The notes under the pieces were generated by a model. That model made no database searches. It was not told the DNA's origin and saw only the letters and a program-made list of their open reading frames with translations. Positions 58,668 to 64,000 of a DNA stretch of 64,000 nucleotides are shown in pieces (position 1 is the first letter of the stretch; every line of letters begins with the position of its first letter). The DNA comes from Bacteriovoracaceae bacterium (lineage in GTDB: Bacteria > Bdellovibrionota > Bacteriovoracia > Bacteriovoracales > Bacteriovoracaceae): the NCBI GenBank assembly GCA_048270185.1, contig JBLWTJ010000003.1, positions 320,001-384,000 on the forward strand, written 5' to 3'. A program made the translations under genes and the position numbers.

Positions 58668-60093
58668 TACTATTTTCTAATTTCATTTCAATTAATTTTA
58701 CGGCCTCAACAGAGAACTCTAGTGGAAGTTCTTTGAAAACGTCACTACAGAACCCATTAACAATCATTGAGATACACTTCTCCATATCCATTCCACGCTG
58801 TTGTAGGTAGAAGAGCTGATCTTCTGAGATCTTAGAAGTTGAAGCTTCGTGCTCCACTGTTGCCGTATTATTTTTCACATCAATATATGGGAATGTATTT
58901 GCAGAACACTTTGAACCGACAAGCATTGAATCACATTGAGAGTAGTTCTTTGCTCCAGTTGCTGATGGCATGACTTTTACAAGTCCACGGTAATTATTTT
59001 CAGATTCTTCTGCTGAAATACCTTTTGAAATAATTGTCGACTTTGTATTCTTACCGATGTGAACCATTTTCGTTCCCGTATCGGCCTGCATTTTATTATT
59101 TGTTAGTGCAACTGAGTAGAAAGCACCTTGAGAGTTATCGCCAATTAAATTACATGATGGATATTTCCAAGTTATAGCAGAACCAGCTTCAACTTGTGTC
59201 CATGAAATTTTTGAATTCTTTCCAAGACAATTTCCACGCTTTGTTACGAAGTTGTAAATACCACCTTTACCTTGCTCATCCCCTGCGTACCAGTTTTGCA
59301 CTGTTGAATACTTAATCTCAGCATCATCAAGTGCAATTAGTTCAACGATGGCCGCGTGTAGTTGATTCTCATCTCTTTGCGGAGCTGTACAACCTTCAAG
59401 GTAGTTTACGTAACTTCCTTTTTCTGCAACGACGAGAGTTCTTTCAAATTGTCCTGTCTCTTTTGCATTAATTCTAAAGTACGTCGATAAGTCCATTGGA
59501 CAAGTTACACCTTCTGGGATGTAAACGAATGATCCATCAGAGAAGACGGCCGCATTAAGTGCAGCATAGAAATTATCAGCTGGAGGAACAACTGTTCCAA
59601 GATATTTTTTTACTAACTCTGGATGTTCTTGTACGGCTTCAGATATTGAACAGAATATAACTCCAACAGCTTCAAGTTCTTCTTTGTAAGTTGTCCCAAC
59701 TGAAACAGAATCAAATACCGCATCTACTGCGACACCTGATATTCTTTTTTGTTCAGAAAGAGGAATCCCTAACTTCTCAAAAGTAGCTAGTAGTTCTGGG
59801 TCAAGATCATCAAGACTTTTTGGAGCACTTGCTGTCGACTTTGGGGCTGCATAGTAATATAGATCATTAAAATCAATCTCGGGGATTTCTAATTTTGCCC
59901 AATTAGGCATTGGCATCTTCTGCCAAAGACGAAAGGCCTTGAGACGATATTCAAGTAGCCACTCTGGCTCGTTCTTCTTGGCCGAGATCATTCTGACGAT
60001 GTCTTCGTTTAGGCCTTTTGGAAACTCTTGGGTTTCAATGTCTGTAAAAAAGCCGTACTTATATTCTGACTTTGTTAATTGTGTATCACTCAT
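58660..60093 (-). CDS. sufB: Fe-S assembly protein SufB
   Basis: [38 protein letters not shown]. Confidence 0.96.
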   Translation of the reverse strand: MSDTQLTKSEYKYGFFTDIETQEFPKGLNEDIVRMISAKKNEPEWLLEYRLKAFRLWQKMPMPNWAKLEIPEIDFNDLYYYAAPKSTASAPKSLDDLDPELLATFEKLGIPLSEQKRISGVAVDAVFDSVSVGTTYKEELEAVGVIFCSISEAVQEHPELVKKYLGTVVPPADNFYAALNAAVFSDGSFVYIPEGVTCPMDLSTYFRINAKETGQFERTLVVAEKGSYVNYLEGCTAPQRDENQLHAAIVELIALDDAEIKYSTVQNWYAGDEQGKGGIYNFVTKRGNCLGKNSKISWTQVEAGSAITWKYPSCNLIGDNSQGAFYSVALTNNKMQADTGTKMVHIGKNTKSTIISKGISAEESENNYRGLVKVMPSATGAKNYSQCDSMLVGSKCSANTFPYIDVKNNTATVEHEASTSKISEDQLFYLQQRGMDMEKCISMIVNGFCSDVFKELPLEFSVEAVKLIEMKLENSIG

Positions 60094-60520
60094 GTGTGAA
60101 TCCTGCCTTACTTATTAATAACTCTTCTAACGACAAATTAATTAACTGATGATTGACGTGAGAGTTAAGCTTTTCTATTGGTGAAATTAAATCGCATTTT
60201 AGATACTTGTCACAACGGCCCTTTAAAGCGTCACAGTCTGAATCTTTAATCTTTCCTTCGATGGTATTGCTAACTTCAAAGAGGTTGATTTCAGAGAGGG
60301 GACGGCTAAGGAAGTAGCCACCTTTGATTCCTTTTATTGATGAGAGAACTCCAACACTGTTGAGTTTTTGCATCACTTTAGAGACGGGATCAAATGGCAT
60401 ATTGTGTTTGTCGCAAATTTCTCTTGCAGACGTTAGCTTTTCTGCACAGCAGTGCCCTTGCTCTTGCATATGCTTGAGAGCTTTTAAGGCGTATTCTGTT
60501 TTCTTGCTAACTTTAAACAT
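60086..60520 (-). CDS. Rrf2-family transcriptional regulator
   Basis: [16 protein letters not shown], three C-terminal Cys (C-x6-C-x5-C); first gene of the suf operon; ATG 60520 chosen. Confidence 0.85.
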   Translation of the reverse strand: MFKVSKKTEYALKALKHMQEQGHCCAEKLTSAREICDKHNMPFDPVSKVMQKLNSVGVLSSIKGIKGGYFLSRPLSEINLFEVSNTIEGKIKDSDCDALKGRCDKYLKCDLISPIEKLNSHVNHQLINLSLEELLISKAGFTHE

Positions 60521-60711
60521 AGTCCACAAACTTCTAGTTAAATACCGTTAGGTATTTCCATATTATTAATAATTTACGTTATGAGTTTTAAATAACGCAA
60601 TATAAGTCAAAAAACAACTTATTTAAGTCCATCTTAACAAAATTTCCGATGAGATCCTATGGATTTTATTGGAATATCGACTTTTAAAAGGCTTTATAGG
60701 ACAATGCTTTC

Positions 60712-61563
60712 ATGGATGAACACAATCAAAATGAACTTAATTTAAAACGATTAAAATACATTGGCTCTCTGCGTGATAAGTCAGTGGTTGAGCGCATTGA
60801 GGTTGCTCTTTTAAAGGAAGGGATCTCAATCACGAAAGAGTTTGAAAATGAATTCTTTCATCTCTTTGTTGTGGAAGCTTCAGATATTTCCAAGGCTCGT
60901 GATGTTTACCGCGTCTTTGTCGGTGCCCCGAGACAATTTACTCCCAATAAAGATTGGCAATTCGTTCAATCTTTAAAGATGGGGCCTGTGACAATTATTA
61001 TCTTGGCCCTATGTTTAATTGTCTTTATCTTTGGATGGATTCTAAAGAATGAGAATCTCTACTATCTCTTCTTATTTTCAACTTCAAAGGTTGATGCCTT
61101 TGCTGATATTTCACAAGGTGAGTATTGGCGTGTGATTAGCCCCGCCTTTATTCACTTTGGCTATATTCATATTTTCTTTAACTTATTGTGGTGGAAGGAG
61201 TTAGGTAAGCTTATTGAATATAGTAAGGGAAGCTTCTTCATTATAGTTCTACTACTCTTTACTGGTATTTCATCAAATATTCTTCAGGCCGTAATGAGTC
61301 CTGGCATGTTTGGTGGTCTCTCTGGTGTGGTTTACGGCCTTCTAGGATTTCTTTGGCCTTATTCTAGGATCAATAAGAACTTTAAATTTAAACTGCCATC
61401 TTCTGATATTTATCTCATGGTTGGTTGGCTCTTTCTTGGCTTCTTTGACGTCTTTAATTTTAAAATGGCCAACTGGGCCCACGGTGGTGGCTTGGTTAGT
61501 GGAGCTCTTGCAGGCGTTATTTTCGGCCTGTTGGATCGAAATGAGAAAACTGTCCAACCTTAA
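60712..61563 (+). CDS. glpG: Rhomboid intramembrane serine protease (GlpG-like)
   Basis: EYWR, HFGYIHIFFN, GGLSGVVYG (catalytic Ser), ANWAHGGG (catalytic His). Confidence 0.85.
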   Translation: MDEHNQNELNLKRLKYIGSLRDKSVVERIEVALLKEGISITKEFENEFFHLFVVEASDISKARDVYRVFVGAPRQFTPNKDWQFVQSLKMGPVTIIILALCLIVFIFGWILKNENLYYLFLFSTSKVDAFADISQGEYWRVISPAFIHFGYIHIFFNLLWWKELGKLIEYSKGSFFIIVLLLFTGISSNILQAVMSPGMFGGLSGVVYGLLGFLWPYSRINKNFKFKLPSSDIYLMVGWLFLGFFDVFNFKMANWAHGGGLVSGALAGVIFGLLDRNEKTVQP

Positions 61564-62785
61564 GTTCGGCCAATTTAACGTTTCCTATAGCAATACGAAT
61601 AAGCCTTAGTGTTGGGAAGTCAACGGCCGCACACATTCGCCTAATCTGACGATTACGTCCTTCTGAGATACGAACTTCAATCCAAGATGTTGGAATATTT
61701 TTTCGAATGCGTATTGGTGGATCTCTTTCTTCAACTTCTACTTTTTCAAGTTTCTTAACTTTAGCTGGCTTTGTTTTATAATTACCCTTAATGATAACCC
61801 CGGCCTTTAGCTTTTCAATGGCCTGGGTTGTAATATCTCCATCAACTTGAACGAGATAGGTCTTTTCAACCTTACTGTCAGCATTGGCCATCTGATTCTT
61901 ATAAACGCCATCGTTAGTTAAGATAACGAGCCCTTCACTGTCTTTATCAAGTCTTCCTACGGGATAGAGCTCTTTTGGAAGATTATAATCAATGAGACTC
62001 TTTTGGTCTCTGTGATCCTTACCAAATTGGCAGAGAACATCATAAGGCTTATTAAAGATTATATACTCAGTCTTACCATTTGATCTCTCACTGACTTTGA
62101 AGTTATCGAGATTGAAATCTGCTTCTATTGCAAGCTTGCGCATTTGATTAGTAAATTTATCATAGAAAGAGAGCTTGTAGGCACAAAGTCTTTGGCCACT
62201 TTGATCCTTTGAGTTCGAATAGATTGGATCACCATAAATAGGGTGTCCCATCTCTTTGGCGTGAAGGCGAATTTGATGTTTTCGCCCTGTAAAGATATGA
62301 AACTCAATGAGAGAGTAATCGGCCTTTGAATCTAGCACTCGATATTCAGTGATGGCCTTCTTACCACCTGAGTTTGTCGTCACCATCTTCTCTTCTCGGC
62401 CAATACGCAGGGCCTTAACAAAGTTTTCAATGTGACCAGAATCTTCTTTTGGTTTACCACTACATATGGCCACGTATTTCTTTGAGAGAGAATCGGGATT
62501 ATGAGAACTAAATAAGTCTTGTAAGTGCTTATTGGCCTCTTTCGTCTTAGCAAAGAGTAGAATTCCGGAAGTATTAACATCAAGGCGGTGAGCAAGAGTT
62601 AAGTATTGATCAACACCATTTGCTCGAGCTTTTAAAAAGCTTTTTAGGGCGTCGGTGCAATTATCTCGGTGGCGATCCATGGTCTTGTGTACTGGCCAGC
62701 CGGCCTTCTTATGAAGGGCAATATAATGATCATCTTCAAAGATGATGTCATTTGCAGATAATCTAATTTTAATTCTTTTTTTCAC
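61517..62785 (-). CDS. Fused double pseudouridine synthase (RluA-family + RluE/RsuA-family)
   Basis: N-half HKKAG, HRLDVNTSG, TGRKHQIR, GDPIY; C-half FNKPYDVLCQF, GRLDKDSEG, EGRNRQIRRM. Confidence 0.85.
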   Translation of the reverse strand: MKKRIKIRLSANDIIFEDDHYIALHKKAGWPVHKTMDRHRDNCTDALKSFLKARANGVDQYLTLAHRLDVNTSGILLFAKTKEANKHLQDLFSSHNPDSLSKKYVAICSGKPKEDSGHIENFVKALRIGREEKMVTTNSGGKKAITEYRVLDSKADYSLIEFHIFTGRKHQIRLHAKEMGHPIYGDPIYSNSKDQSGQRLCAYKLSFYDKFTNQMRKLAIEADFNLDNFKVSERSNGKTEYIIFNKPYDVLCQFGKDHRDQKSLIDYNLPKELYPVGRLDKDSEGLVILTNDGVYKNQMANADSKVEKTYLVQVDGDITTQAIEKLKAGVIIKGNYKTKPAKVKKLEKVEVEERDPPIRIRKNIPTSWIEVRISEGRNRQIRRMCAAVDFPTLRLIRIAIGNVKLAELKVGQFSHFDPTGRK

Positions 62786-62800
62786 GTATTCTATTGTATC

Positions 62801-63412
62801 ATGTTTAGCATGAACGATTTACCAAATTCTCCAGCATGTGAAAGAAATAAAGATCCAATTCTTGAAAAAATTGGTCCTTATCTTAAACAACTAAATAATG
62901 AAACTTTCTTTGAGGTAGGCTCCCTAACTTGCCAGCATAGTGAACACTTTGCTAAGGCCTTTCCCGAGATGACTTTTATCACTTCAGAGATTCGTGATAA
63001 TCAAGAAGTCTTAAAGAAATGTTTAAGTCACTACCAAGCCGAGGTAAAAAATCTTAAAGGCCCTGAAATCTATGAAGCAGGCTTTAATAAGTTACCTGCC
63101 GGTCATAAGGTCTATTATACTGCCAACACTTTGCATATTATGTCGTGGAAGCAGGCCAAGACTTTTATTAAGGATCTTACACAAGCAATGGATGAAGAGA
63201 GTATTCTCTTTATTTATGGGCCATTCAAGTACAATGGACAATTTACAAGTGAATCTAATGAAGAATTTGATCGCTACTTAAAAGAGCGTGATTCTCAAAG
63301 CGGTATTCGTAATTTCGAAGATGTGTGCCAGAACTTCTTAAAGAAAGAAGTCTTTCTAAAAGAAGATATTAAGATGCCTGCAAATAATCAATTACTAGTT
63401 TTTACAAAGTAA
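62801..63412 (+). CDS. DUF938 family SAM-dependent methyltransferase
   Basis: SPACERNKDPIL, ANTLHIMSW, YGPF, SESNEEFD, MPANNQ. Confidence 0.85.
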   Translation: MFSMNDLPNSPACERNKDPILEKIGPYLKQLNNETFFEVGSLTCQHSEHFAKAFPEMTFITSEIRDNQEVLKKCLSHYQAEVKNLKGPEIYEAGFNKLPAGHKVYYTANTLHIMSWKQAKTFIKDLTQAMDEESILFIYGPFKYNGQFTSESNEEFDRYLKERDSQSGIRNFEDVCQNFLKKEVFLKEDIKMPANNQLLVFTK

Positions 63413-63423
63413 GTTGATAATTT

Positions 63424-64000
63424 CTACATTCTTTCTGGGGCCTTAATTCCAAGAATCGCCAGACCTTGCTTGATAATTGTGCTTGTTGCATAAGCGAGCT
63501 CAAGTCTTGCCTGTTTTAGTGACTCTTCACTTGAAGCAATTGGGCAAGCAGCATAGAAGCTATTAAATAATTTTCCAAGCTCAAATAGGTAAGTTGTCAG
63601 TAAGCTTGTTTTATTCTGCTCACTTGCTTTAACAGCAACGTCGTTGAATAGTGAAAGCTTTTGCAAGAGTTCAAACTCTTGCTTAACAGATAGAGCATCT
63701 GCACAGCTTGCATTAAAGGCGTGGGCCTTATCAAAAGATTGCTTACTTAATAGTGAATTGATACGAGCATAAACATATTGAAGATATGGACCTGTGTCGC
63801 CATCAAGTTTTAACCACTCGGCCATGTCAAAAACGATTTTTCGATTATTATCAATTTTTATCATTCCGTATTTAATGGCACCATTAGCAATGGCCGTCGC
63901 TGTCTCATCAATTTCAGCTTGATCCCAATCACCTTGATACTTATTAAGGTAATCTTCTTTAATCTTTGCTTCCATATTATTAATAAGATCAGTTAGAGCA
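63424..64000 (-). CDS. argS: Arginyl-tRNA synthetase, C-terminal part (5' end outside the window)
   Basis: GAIKYGM, GDTGPYLQYVYARI, FNSFY..CPI, GLAILGIKAPERM. Confidence 0.93.
   Translation of the reverse strand, partial: ALTDLINNMEAKIKEDYLNKYQGDWDQAEIDETATAIANGAIKYGMIKIDNNRKIVFDMAEWLKLDGDTGPYLQYVYARINSLLSKQSFDKAHAFNASCADALSVKQEFELLQKLSLFNDVAVKASEQNKTSLLTTYLFELGKLFNSFYAACPIASSEESLKQARLELAYATSTIIKQGLAILGIKAPERM

Noticed and set aside
60623..60653. Sigma28-like promoter for the rhomboid gene (TTAAG...CCGATGA)
   Set aside because: The spacer is 18 nt, longer than the 15-16 nt seen in the other candidates.
1493..63281. Many 60-140 aa ORFs in the track that overlap longer genes (e.g. 1493-1684, 16002-16391, 42635-42997, 44751-45170, 52506-52853, 53871-54215)
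   Set aside because: They are antisense or alternate-frame shadows of well-supported genes, with no recognisable motifs.

Overview
AT-rich bacterial chromosomal segment, mostly core genes. Gene content suggests a predatory Bdellovibrionota member, probably Halobacteriovorax/Bacteriovorax-like; this is an inference, not a database result. Housekeeping genes: pyrE, gltA, rpmE (type B), rpmG (missing from the ORF track), dppABCDF, ald, an M16 peptidase pair, pepN, fbaA, ade, a fused 2-oxoacid dehydrogenase E1, hemF, the Rrf2-sufBCDS-nfu operon, a rhomboid protease and the 3' part of argS. No rRNA, tRNA, CRISPR array or prophage was seen. Main points of interest: (1) a FecR protein / TPR-outer-membrane barrel / CHASE2 adenylate cyclase operon behind a sigma28-like promoter, a candidate trans-envelope sensing system; (2) a secreted protein whose 16 cysteines have mirror-symmetric spacing, predicting a long disulfide-laddered beta-hairpin; (3) a HUH/Y1 RAYT-type transposase bracketed by a perfect 27-bp inverted REP-like repeat; (4) an spt-bcerS-cerR-like ceramide operon converging on an FA2H-like hydroxylase, with an orphan antisense terminator beyond it; (5) an L,D-peptidase / bactofilin cell-shape module; (6) a fusion of two pseudouridine synthases; (7) an acidic-repeat coiled-coil / diguanylate cyclase / metallophosphoesterase operon. 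All product calls come from motif recognition by eye, not from searches.
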